This document shows positions 36,098 through 45,799 of a stretch of DNA of 64,000 nt, piece by piece. Source of the stretch: Macrostomum lignano (taxonomy: Eukaryota). The first letter of the stretch is position 1, and each line of letters opens with the position of its first letter. The notes under the pieces are model-generated. The model saw nothing but the letters and a program-made list of their open reading frames with translations. It ran no database searches and was not told the DNA's origin. The stretch spans positions 51,327 through 115,326 of the forward strand of contig NIVC01000812.1 of the NCBI GenBank assembly GCA_002269645.1, in the 5' to 3' direction. A program made the position numbers and the translations under genes.

Positions 36098-37135
36098 GAC
36101 ACGACCGAGTTGGCGGGCTGGCGGATTCGCCGCCAAGGAGGAGCGAGTGCTGCACCGAGGGCATCCCACCTGACCGCCTGGCTCCTTGTTGGTAAAAGGG
36201 GATGTGGTGCCGGGGCGCTGAGCCCTGGCACACTGTTGTGACTGACGGATTCACTCGCTCTGCATATTGCGTAATTGCCACCCCCAGTTTTAAACCCGTG
36301 ACTTCTCTGTCTCGCGCTCTCACTTCTACATACTTCGTGACTCATTTGCATGCATGCACGCACGCTCGGACATGTACGCTGTATTACAGTTTTATACCCC
36401 TCGCCTGTATTGCTCTCGCGCCACGATCGCCTAGTTAAAGGCAAATACTTCGCAAATGAACAAGCTAAGCATTGACGACACGACAAGAAGCGAAGCACAT
36501 AGTTGTAGGCGTCACACTAAATGGATTACCATTTTGAATTATGCACGATGATCTTCAATATCGATTTTTACTTAGTTCCGATAGCAAAGCTATTAGTAAA
36601 GGAACATGGAGCAGCTACATAGATAAAACAAAATTGAAAAACTGCAGTGCGAAGTACACGTGGAAAATTCGCGGAATCGAGGCAGTTCTCGTGCAAAACG
36701 ATAACGAATCAGGATCAGAAAACGCAGTGGCAGCATAATGTAAAGTCAGCTTTAGTCCTACAAGATTGGGAACAAATTAGACAGAAAAAAGTTACATGCA
36801 TTTTTATTTTCAAATCTTCAATCAAAGATTTAAAAAATTAGTGTTAAAGATCAAATTCAATCTACGATAATAGATAGAGTAGTATGCAGTGAAGTATTGT
36901 AGACTGAATATTTTAAGATACGCGAATAAAGTGATAGCATGGGAATTATGTCAAGATTTATGGCCAAATTCACAAAGGACAGCCGTGTTTGAATAACAAA
37001 GCCGAACAGGTGTTAAGATATTGACGCCTTAGAACAAATATCAATAGAACAGCAATGAAGTTTTGCATTGCCAACAATATCCTCAATCATTTGATGGTTC
37101 TTCGCGACCTTTCATATCTGTCCAGTCTAGTATAG

Positions 37136-37897
37136 TTAGAACACGGACAGGCACTCGCAGAGGTACTTCCAGCTTTTAGAGCATTGGGCATCATCGACGC
37201 CGATCTTGTGATTTGCATGGACAGCCGCGCAGCCCTGATCCGGCAATCCTTTGTTCGGCCTCTCGGGCTCCCAGACGTCGGTCCGGATGCTCTCGTTGCA
37301 GGCGTCCCAGATCCAGCCTTCCGTCTTGGTCGCAGAGCCCGGGATCTGGTGGCCACCCAGAAACAAACTCTCTACAGGGCTGTTCGACACGTTCTTGATC
37401 CACATCAGGTGACGCGACTCGTCGGAGTCCAGAGCGTCCGCGAACTTTGATAGTCCGGCCTCCTGTCCGCACCGGGAGAGAGCGTCAGTCCAATTAGTCA
37501 CCGGTGAGGCCGACACCTTGTATGAGGATCCGAACTGAGAGTGCTTGTATCCGGGTGGGCACAGGCGACCCGGAGCTACTCCAGGTAGCGATCTCACGTA
37601 CACGGTCACTCGGTGAGTGCAGTTGGCCACTGACTGCACTCGGTGGCTGCACTTGTCGAACAGGAACAGCTTGCAGAGGCAGTCGCCATCCGGCAGCGAG
37701 AAGGCCCGGCAGTTCGGCATCTTGGCGCAGTGCAGGCTGCAGGACTGCGGATCGCACGAGCCCCACACGGTGTGGGTGAAGCTGGACGTCACGCAGTCAG
37801 CGCCAGAGATCGGGTGGAAAGTCGCTTTCGGAGAGTCGCAAGTTGCACCGCAACTAATTTTGAGACCCAGAAGCAGAAAGAGCAGCGGTCGCAGCAT
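37136..37897 (-). CDS. Secreted PAN + C-type lectin protein, paralog 3 (253 aa from ATG 37897)
   Basis: Intact frame MLRPLLFLLLGLKISCG...YLCECLSVF with the same architecture as paralog 1. Confidence 0.88.
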   Translation of the reverse strand: MLRPLLFLLLGLKISCGATCDSPKATFHPISGADCVTSSFTHTVWGSCDPQSCSLHCAKMPNCRAFSLPDGDCLCKLFLFDKCSHRVQSVANCTHRVTVYVRSLPGVAPGRLCPPGYKHSQFGSSYKVSASPVTNWTDALSRCGQEAGLSKFADALDSDESRHLMWIKNVSNSPVESLFLGGHQIPGSATKTEGWIWDACNESIRTDVWEPERPNKGLPDQGCAAVHANHKIGVDDAQCSKSWKYLCECLSVF

Positions 37898-39420
37898 TTT
37901 TTGTCTACAGAGTGTGGTAAGTTTGAGAACGTTATTCGACGACATTTGAGTATACCTTTTACAGTAAATTCAAAGTTAGATCTGGGTATTAACTTTCCCG
38001 AGCATCAACTCACCTGCCAAGCAATGTTCCGGTCAGGGAACTCAACGCAGGAGTTGTGTTCTTTTCAGGAAGTTAATGAGACTTGAAAATCGAGAATGTT
38101 TGCATAACACAAGTTAGCACTGAGTCTAAAACCGTGCTCATCATCCAGAGTTTTACGCCATCCTACTAGTATCACACTTGCATTTGTCCCCAAAGCTAAA
38201 ATAAAATGGCTGATGCAAAAGCCTGTATTGGCCAAGCCAGCCCCACAAGATACAGCCGATGCAGGCATCTCAGCCTTGGCTTTCTCTGCTCAGCACCATT
38301 GCATTTTCCTTCATCACTAATGCATCTGGAATTTTCAGCCAGTTAGCCCTGGAATCGGACGGGTGAATATCGCCACAGCGCTTCGTTTCGCTAGACGTGC
38401 TGTATCGCTTCTCTCGGCTTGGCCTCTGTTTTGTCAAAGACTGCTCGCCACGGGCAAACAACTTCCAACCCTCGACGATCGATAGCAAGGGCTCTTCCCT
38501 TCCTACCCCTCAGTCATTGGGCCCACTCTATTGCTGCCTTTTGCCTAGTGGGACACGGATTGCTAACCATTTTGATGTAACCACGCTCTGGTCGCGGGAT
38601 AGGGCATGGGAACTTTTTCGAAAGTGCCTCCTATCCCGTGCACCCTCTGCACAGAGCTGTCGAGACTCGGCCAGGTCTCCGCCCAGGCCTGGAGACTCCC
38701 GCTCTGCTGCCCCCCTCCTACTGCCTTTGTTCCGTCTCCCCTGCCGCCACACCTGCCTTTCCGGAACTCCCTGTCCCTCTCTGTACCCTCCCCTCTACCT
38801 TATCTCCCCTGCACTCCACCCTATTCTTCTTGTACTTTCCCTTTCCCCCCCTCTTTTTGTCTCTCTCTGCACTCTTTTCCTGCGCTGTCCCCTCCTTCTC
38901 TGTGTCTACTTACAGTATTTTGTGTGCTCACCGTCTCCCCATCCCCTCCCAAACTCCCAAACGGTGACGCAAGTCGTGTGACCCCTTCTTCCCCCCGATG
39001 ACTCATCGATGACTCATCTCCCTCTCTTGCGCAACCTTTTCTCATGCCATTGTTCTCCTCCCCAAATTTCTCATGCGACACCCACCCCACCTCCGCTTCT
39101 ATTGTTCTCGTTTTTGATTCTTTTGTTCTCTCGACCCCACCAATTATCACATTTTCTCCGATTTTCTCTTTCTTTTGTTCTCGTTTTCGCACCTAATTAT
39201 CACCTTTTCTCCAATGTTTACTTTTCCATTGTTCTCAGTTTTCCCCAATTATCCCCGATTTCCAATTCCTTTGTTCTCGACCCCAGCCCTATTGTTCTCA
39301 ATGTTTGCTTGCGCAACACTTTCGCGACCACCCGCTGCGCCAATTATCCCCCACCCCACCTCCGGATTGCGCAATTTCCCTATTTCTCATGTTGCTATGC
39401 CGGTCTCATGCTTCTCATCA

Positions 39421-39511
39421 TGACTCATTCTGACGTCATTCTGCCGGCAGCCAATCAGAGAGAGGGAGCCATGGTAACGACCTTGAGGAGGCGGCTGTGA
39501 GGTCTATAAAA
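39421..39511 (+). promoter_or_regulatory. Pol II promoter-like motif cluster
   Basis: TGACTCA (39421), TGACGTCA (39431), CCAAT (39451) and TATAAAA (39505) in canonical order; donor-like CG|GTAAGT at 39843. Motif matches only. Confidence 0.45.
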
Positions 39512-40799
39512 GGAAGCGATTTCGGCATGAGAATCCTCAACTTCTGCCCACCTTCGGGCTCCTAGTCTTTCTTTAGACTTGCCGTCAGACTGAGTTCTGA
39601 CCCATTCGTCTATTAGACGAATCCCTGCCGGTCCGCGGTCTGTTACCGTCAAGTTATCCTTAGCTCCCCAAGCGAGCTCGCCTATCGGCCAGCGGTCTGA
39701 TACTGCCCAGCATCATCAGCATCGCCTGATCTACATCAGCGCCTCGTCGCTCCAGCGCATCGCCGCTTCACTGTCTGCCTGACTGCAGCCTACAGCCACC
39801 CTCGGTCACTCCGCCTCTCTCTCTCTCTCTGTGCAGCTGCCGGTAAGTTCCTGTTACTAATTTGTGCTCTAATTGCCTTTGCTTATCCGGGGTTTGCCTA
39901 TTTTCCATTGTCTGATTAGAGAGCTGAGCCAATTGTGATACCGTATCTTTTGCTGTATTTTACTCAATAGTGAAGCCGCCTAATTGCCTGATTATTCGCC
40001 TAAGGGCCTAATTATTAACTATTAACTAACTTCATCATTATTCAATCTTTCACCATCATTTAACTCATGGCTTGCTAAGCCTTTCTCCCGGGGTGGCAAA
40101 GCATGAGGGAGTTTGGGTAAGCTAATGGACTCTCCCCGTGCAAAGCCCGCCTGTGAGTGCGTGCTGCGCGGCCGCGTGTGCGTGCAGTAGAGGGATTAGC
40201 GAGTCTTGGCACAGAATGGCAGTAGGAAGGTTGCAACCCCATGCTAACGCGTCCCTTCGCCCTGAGCAATCTAAACTGGAGACAGTACATGTTCGCCTCA
40301 TACTACTCTTAGTAATCAAAGTCGCAAGTCAGCCTCGCTCACAGCCACAAAGGATCCCCTGCTGAGAAATCCTCCAGGATTGAGCCCAGAGTTCCCGATC
40401 ATGCCCCAAGCAGAGTCCCTGTACTCGGCTGCATGTGTCTCCCCTGTTGGCCTAAATCTCCTGGTAACCAATCCAGGCGGGGCTCTAGCCTCGAGAGGTC
40501 TGGTAGAAAGATCCAGGTGCGCCAGGTCACATAGAGTGGTGGCAGCCACTCGGTCATACCATGACCGAGTGACCAACTATTGCACCTTGGCTACAGGTGG
40601 GGTCCATGTGGGTCCTTGGCCCTCTGGTCACGAAGCGCTACCAAAAGCTACTAATCATGTGGGCGGGACAGTCTGGTGCTGGAGGTCCGTCAGGTCGTTG
40701 CCCGGTCATAGGCAGCCTACGGTCATTGCCCCCTCTAGTCATGTGTTCGTCTCTCTACGGAGCGGACAGGCGACAAGGGCGGTTACATCAATTTAACCA

Positions 40800-41190
40800 A
40801 CTTTATGTGCAAATACACAATTAAGCAGTTTAATTTTAAGGATGATTTTTTTACAAACTCTAAAAAGGTAACGCTAGCCAGGGAATACTCTACATGTGGA
40901 AGTGACACTTCCCGATTCAGCCCTCTCTGGGCCGACCAACCCAGGCCAAGGTTTTTTAGAAGGAAAAATAGCATAGCTTTAAAAACTTTTTGTTTGGTGG
41001 CATGGGGGGTTTCAAACACTGTCTTGCTTTCCTCATTAAGTCAATCGGAGGAGCGTACCAAGATGTCGTCAGCCTTTCTCCTGTCAATCGTCTAACAGCA
41101 GAGGATCTGAGCAGCAGGGCAGAGCGCATTATTGAGACTGTGACAGCCAGCGGCTTTGGAGTCGTCGCAGTGTCGTGCGACAATGATAGT
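40800..41190 (+). mobile_element. P-element/THAP9-type transposase fragment
   Basis: LAFLIKSIGGAYQDVVSLSPVNRLTAEDL...GFGVVAVSCDN resembles the P-type catalytic core; frameshifted and truncated at the (GA)n tract. Confidence 0.6.
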
Positions 41191-41266
41191 CACGGGAGAG
41201 AGAGAGGTAGAGAGAGAGAGGAGAGGTCACGGCGTGTTTAAAAAATAATTAATTTATTGTAGTATG

Positions 41267-41304
41267 GGCTACCGGTTTCGAGCCTCTGGGCTCTTCGTCA
41301 GGCC
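41267..41304 (-). ncRNA. Minimal type I hammerhead ribozyme motif
   Basis: Sense: GGC-CUGACGA-A-GAGCC-CAGA-GGCUC-GAAA-CCGG-UA-GCC. Conserved CUGANGA and GAAA boxes, 5-bp stem II, palindromic ACCGGU stem III, 3-bp stem I. Confidence 0.75.
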
Positions 41305-41653
41305 AAAAATCAGTGTTTCATGCGTGCAAGTTGGTCTTTTAAGTATTAGTTTTCTCAGTCTAATAAAATCGCTGAGCTGCTGTACATATGAGGGGTGTAC
41401 ATTTAAACTGGGTTCATTCTAGCTCTAACTTGTCCCAGAGGCTTTCAACCGGTCAGTTTAAGCGACGGTATATTTAGTATATTAAAAAATTGTTTTTTCG
41501 AAGTACGATTAAATATTGTACAATGCTGTATTGAGGGTGGGAGCATAAAAATCGATATTTGTGCGTACATTCAAGCAGTTTGAATAAAATACACGACAAA
41601 GTGAATAAATATTGTAGTTCTATAGGTAAAAAGAGCGCATTGGTTAAAACGAT

Positions 41654-43894
41654 TCAATGGTTTCCTGGCTGGGACTTAAACTTATTGGGAGCCAGGAGGC
41701 TCCGTAAATTTCGTTGCCGTGTAAATGCGGGCAGTATGCGGGAGCCTGCTTTATTTTGTAGCTTCTCAAAGTTTTTAGCCATCTCGTTGGCAAGCCAGAC
41801 CGTAGATGGGTGAAAAGGAAGGACCAGAGGGATGGGTCGGAGAAGATGATTGTCGACCCTGATTTTTGTACCTGGCGGTTTGTCAGTCCCCGGTTTTTTA
41901 ATCCAGATTTCTTCCCTTAGTTCGATTTTGTTGTTATTAAGAACTTGTTCGATAGCAATGGAGACAAAGTTTGCAATCGAGTGATTGGGGGTGAGAAAAT
42001 GCTCTGATCCCGAAGTAACGACTCTCCTGTTAATATTTGACCTGTGCTGGTTCATTCTATCTCTCATTGATCTTCTAGTCATACCTACATAGAGGATTTT
42101 CCCAGGGTGGCACTGGTTGCAGTAGAAGCCATATATGATGCTCTTGGAGCCACAGGACAGGCTCTGAGAGATTAAAAAACCGGAAGCCGGTTTCAGCCCC
42201 TGGGCGGAGAGAGCAGGCGGTGAGTGGGTGCAGCATTTGCAGCGGGATGACCCACAGGGATGGAACCCTTTGGGAAGCAGACCCAGATTGGTCGTTGGTC
42301 CTGCAGTCCAGTTCATGAGTATGAGGACCTTCTTTTTGCAGTTTTTAAGAAAAATATTCAAGCAGCCTAAATGCTTGAGTTCCGATTTTAAAGAATTGAA
42401 AGCATCGTTGAAAGACTTGTAGTCATCACAGATACGAGCGTACCGAAGGATTTGGGATTTTACTACCCCCTTGAAGGTGTGTGACGGATGGAAGGACTGT
42501 CGGTGCAACAATCTATGGGTGTATGTTTCTTTTGAAAACAGTTGTGTTGTGAAGCGGTTTTCAGCTTTCCTGATGGTCATGTCAAGGAAACTGACCTCAG
42601 TTGATGAGGAGCTGACGGTGAGTTTGATGTTGGGGTTGATTGAATTTAGGTGTACAACAAATTCTGTCAGAGCTTCAGCCGGGTGGTCCCAGTGAATGAA
42701 GATATCATCTATGTACCTAAAATAGATGTTCGGCTTATAAAGAGCAGTTCTCAGGGCAGTTTCCTCCCAGAGGCTCATGAAGAGACAGGCATAGCTGGGC
42801 GCAAATATGCGCCCCATGGCTGTACCTCTAAGTTGTAGGAAAATCATTTTGTCAAATTCAAAGTCATTCCTGTACAAACACAATTCCAGTAGCTTTATTA
42901 TTTCAGCATCCGGTCTAATGGGATCCGGGTATCGGTTAAAGAATTCCTGGATCGCTGCAATGCCCTGATCTATTGGGATCATGGAGTACAGACTCTGGAC
43001 ATCACAGGTTGCCAGAGTCGAACCTTCCGTGCAGCTTTTATCCATAAGGTGTGCCTTGAAGTCATAGGAGTCCTTAATGAAAGTGGGTTGCGCTTGGGCA
43101 ATCGGTTTTAGAAAGAAGTCTATGTACTTTTCTGCCCCAATTGCTTCAGAACTGCATCCGCTAACAATAGGTCTGCCTGCTGGGACCCGAAAGGGGATCA
43201 GCCAGGTGGCCGGGTCCTTGTGAATTTTTGGGAGCAGGTAGAAATGCCGGGGACGGAAGTTCTCTCCGGGACAAAGAAATGCACACTGTTTCTTAGATAT
43301 GAACTTTCTGTTACATAAATTGAGGAAGATCCCCCTGATAAGTTCCGCAGTCTCGGGTTGCAATGGCTGGTCCAGCTGTTGATAGGCATCAGTGTCAAAC
43401 AGTTGGTTGTAGGCTGCAAATTCGTAATCCTTGGGGTGCATGATGACCACTGCGTTGCCTTTGTCCGCCTTTTTTATAAGGACGGAGCTGTTTCGCTTGA
43501 GCCTCTGAATCGCCCTGGTCTCTGCAGGTGCCTCTAGGTTGCCTTTGATCTGTACCGTTGTCAAATTCTCTACCAGATTTTGGTTCTCAAGTACCAACAA
43601 GTTGCAATCATCCCTTCTGAGTCTGAGGGGAACCTCCTTCACTGATTTCCCGGTGAAGGGGGGCGGGCTGGTGTTGGCGAGACCCCTCTTTTTGAAAAAG
43701 TCTTTCCAGAAAAGTTTACGATGAAATTCCGTCATGCAGTTCCTCAACTCATCGAAATCAAGGGCTTGGGTTGGGATAAAATTGAGTCCCCTATCTAGCA
43801 GCCTCGTCTCAGACTCGGAGAGTTTGAAGGTAGGGTGTAGATTTAAAATGTTGCCTTCCAGTTTGGGAGGCCTACAGTAGTCAGCTAGTTTAAA
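41654..43894 (-). CDS. PLE reverse transcriptase + GIY-YIG endonuclease (ORF2)
   Basis: Frame is open from 43927; ILNLHPTFKLSESETRLLDRGLNFIPT (PLE N-terminal motif), KKADKG, YLLPKIHK, GRPIVS, DVQSLY, GTAMG, YFRYIDD, Cys linker CGSSRCKCC, IIYGFYCNQC..LYVGMTRRSMRDRMNQH. No ATG until 43737. Confidence 0.93.
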   Translation of the reverse strand, partial: FKLADYCRPPKLEGNILNLHPTFKLSESETRLLDRGLNFIPTQALDFDELRNCMTEFHRKLFWKDFFKKRGLANTSPPPFTGKSVKEVPLRLRRDDCNLLVLENQNLVENLTTVQIKGNLEAPAETRAIQRLKRNSSVLIKKADKGNAVVIMHPKDYEFAAYNQLFDTDAYQQLDQPLQPETAELIRGIFLNLCNRKFISKKQCAFLCPGENFRPRHFYLLPKIHKDPATWLIPFRVPAGRPIVSGCSSEAIGAEKYIDFFLKPIAQAQPTFIKDSYDFKAHLMDKSCTEGSTLATCDVQSLYSMIPIDQGIAAIQEFFNRYPDPIRPDAEIIKLLELCLYRNDFEFDKMIFLQLRGTAMGRIFAPSYACLFMSLWEETALRTALYKPNIYFRYIDDIFIHWDHPAEALTEFVVHLNSINPNIKLTVSSSSTEVSFLDMTIRKAENRFTTQLFSKETYTHRLLHRQSFHPSHTFKGVVKSQILRYARICDDYKSFNDAFNSLKSELKHLGCLNIFLKNCKKKVLILMNWTAGPTTNLGLLPKGFHPCGSSRCKCCTHSPPALSAQGLKPASGFLISQSLSCGSKSIIYGFYCNQCHPGKILYVGMTRRSMRDRMNQHRSNINRRVVTSGSEHFLTPNHSIANFVSIAIEQVLNNNKIELREEIWIKKPGTDKPPGTKIRVDNHLLRPIPLVLPFHPSTVWLANEMAKNFEKLQNKAGSRILPAFTRQRNLRSLLAPNKFKSQPGNH

Positions 43895-44730
43895 GTTCTC
43901 AGCCAGGAAGCCAGCGCCAGTATAAAGTCAGGCGCTGAGAAGGATACAATTGGTTTAAGAGGAGGAGAGGCAATAAGAGTAACAGGTGAGAGTTTCTTAC
44001 TCAGAGATTGAGTCAATTCTTCACCGCTGGCAAAGGGCGGAACCAGAAGAATCTTACGTGTCAGACTGTCCGCTCTCAGTAGATCGATAGCCTCAGAGAG
44101 CGACTCTCGCCAGTGGTCTGTGCTGAGCAGCTCGTCCGGCAGGACCAGCACCGTTGACTGAGCGCATTGCCGGTTCCGCAGGGCAGCCGACCTCAGTAGA
44201 GATGGTAAGGCTGACAGTGAGTACTCATGTACCTCTGTGATTGCCGGCAGTTTGAGGCCCTCGAAAGGCTTTGGGCAGAGTACCAGGTTCCGGCAGTCCC
44301 TGCTGATGATGAGCGAAACAGGTTGCTCAAAGGTGCTGGGTGAGTCATTCAGATGCGGCCTGTGGCGTTCCGGACCACCAGGGGAGTCTTCAGAGTCCGG
44401 CGATGGTAAGCGGCGTTTGGCAGGTGAAGCAGGCAGTCCCACCCGTGGAAGAGGCGGGGTCACAAAAAGGTCGTCAGCTGCCGACGTACAGCCGTTCTCA
44501 GGTGAGGCGACTTCGGTGGTCCCGCCTGCCGCCGGACTGCCGTCCGAAGCCGCAACCGCAGCCGCTGAGGGGTCGTTGCAGATCGTCGCATCGGCGCTCG
44601 CTGCCACGTCCCCGATGGTCGTCGCGCCGCCGTCCACTACCGAGTCGGCGTTGGTCTCCGTGCTCGTGCTTGCCGTGGGCTCATTGCTAGATGCTGCGAT
44701 TTTCTTTTTTTTTCCACTTTTTTTCTCCAT
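43885..44730 (-). CDS. PLE upstream ORF1 (281 aa from ATG 44730): basic/disordered N-half, possible degenerate SGNH-like C-half
   Basis: Open frame ending TAG at 43887-43885 and overlapping ORF2; fold call is tentative. Confidence 0.65.
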   Translation of the reverse strand: MEKKSGKKKKIAASSNEPTASTSTETNADSVVDGGATTIGDVAASADATICNDPSAAAVAASDGSPAAGGTTEVASPENGCTSAADDLFVTPPLPRVGLPASPAKRRLPSPDSEDSPGGPERHRPHLNDSPSTFEQPVSLIISRDCRNLVLCPKPFEGLKLPAITEVHEYSLSALPSLLRSAALRNRQCAQSTVLVLPDELLSTDHWRESLSEAIDLLRADSLTRKILLVPPFASGEELTQSLSKKLSPVTLIASPPLKPIVSFSAPDFILALASWLRTLN

Positions 44731-44924
44731 CTTTAAAAGTCTTTCTTGGAAGTAAATTGCTTTTTGCACTTTTCGGGTCAGCGTTGCTGATTTGGCCGTT
44801 GGTTTGAGAGGAGCAACCGCTTCGTTGTACGTCGTAAATAAGTAGTTGTCATGAGGAAAAAGCCAGGACAGAAATCAACTAAATCCCCTGAGATCAACAT
44901 CTACTAAAATCTATCTAAACATAA

Positions 44925-45358
44925 TGCCCTAAAACCTAAAACCAACCACCTCATCGCAATGCTTACAACTACTGATCGAAAAGGGGTTTTGTTTTTTTTG
45001 TCCTGGAAACCTCGGACAGCAAAAAATCAACACCCTACCAACCAACACCCAACAACCAAAACCCAACACCTGACACCCAACACCCAACAACTGACACCCA
45101 ACATCCAACACCCAACACCTGACACCCAAAACCCAAAACCCAAAACCCAAAACCCAACACCTGACACTCAACATCCAACACCCAACATCCAACACCCAAC
45201 ATCCAACACCCAATATCCAACACCCAACACCCAACACCCAACACCCAACACCCAACACCCAACACCAAAAACCCAAAACCCAAAACCCAACATCCAACAC
45301 CCAACATCCAACACCCAACATCCAACACCCAACACCCAACACCTAACACCTAAACCCT
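44925..45358. repeat. (CCCAACA)n-type 7-bp degenerate array with CCTAAA-like ends
   Basis: Units CCCAACA, CCAAAAC and TCCAACA; flanks CCCTAAAACCTAAAA and CCTAAACCCTAG. Confidence 0.92.
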
Positions 45359-45464
45359 AGAACGATTTCTTTGTAGCTCTTTCTGGTTTTCGTCATTGCA
45401 TACAAAAAATTCACACACAGCTCACCACAGATGTCGCCCTTTTCTGCCATTTCAAGTAATTTCT

Positions 45465-45713
45465 TTATTCTTCAGGTGGAGCTGTTCCATAGCTATCGAA
45501 GTATTTATGCTTAAGATCAGGATCGATCACCCAGCAAACCCAATGAGAACCCGGTTTATCAGAGGTGTCAAAGTTCATGATACCACATTCTTTTTTTATT
45601 GTTTGTGTAGGAGTATTGTGTGATTTGGGAAGTGTATCTCTCATGAAGACCCCTCGGAAGTTTGGAATCTCCAACTCATTAGCTAAATCTTGAAGAAAAG
45701 TATTCGTTGTCAT
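45465..45713 (-). pseudogene. Polinton/Maverick adenain-type cysteine protease fragment
   Basis: NFRGVFMRDTLP...ECGIMNFDTSDKPGSHWVCW...YFDSYG. Confidence 0.8.
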
Positions 45714-45799
45714 TTTTTAGAATTTTTTAATTAAAAACCTAGTTTTCGCAACCGCCAATGACCAAAGGATAGACTTTTAATGTTGTAATGTTGTCAATG

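Larger units (their letters stand above)
41235..44900 (-). mobile_element. Penelope-like retroelement (PLE), two-ORF organisation
   Basis: RT + GIY-YIG ORF, upstream ORF1, 3' hammerhead motif and AATAAA; 3' end abuts a (GA)n microsatellite. 5' boundary approximate; no pseudo-LTR copy found. Confidence 0.88.

Noticed and set aside
35318-36498. Arg/Glu-rich and Leu/Ser/Pro-rich long ORFs
   Set aside because: Products of the CT-rich minisatellite.
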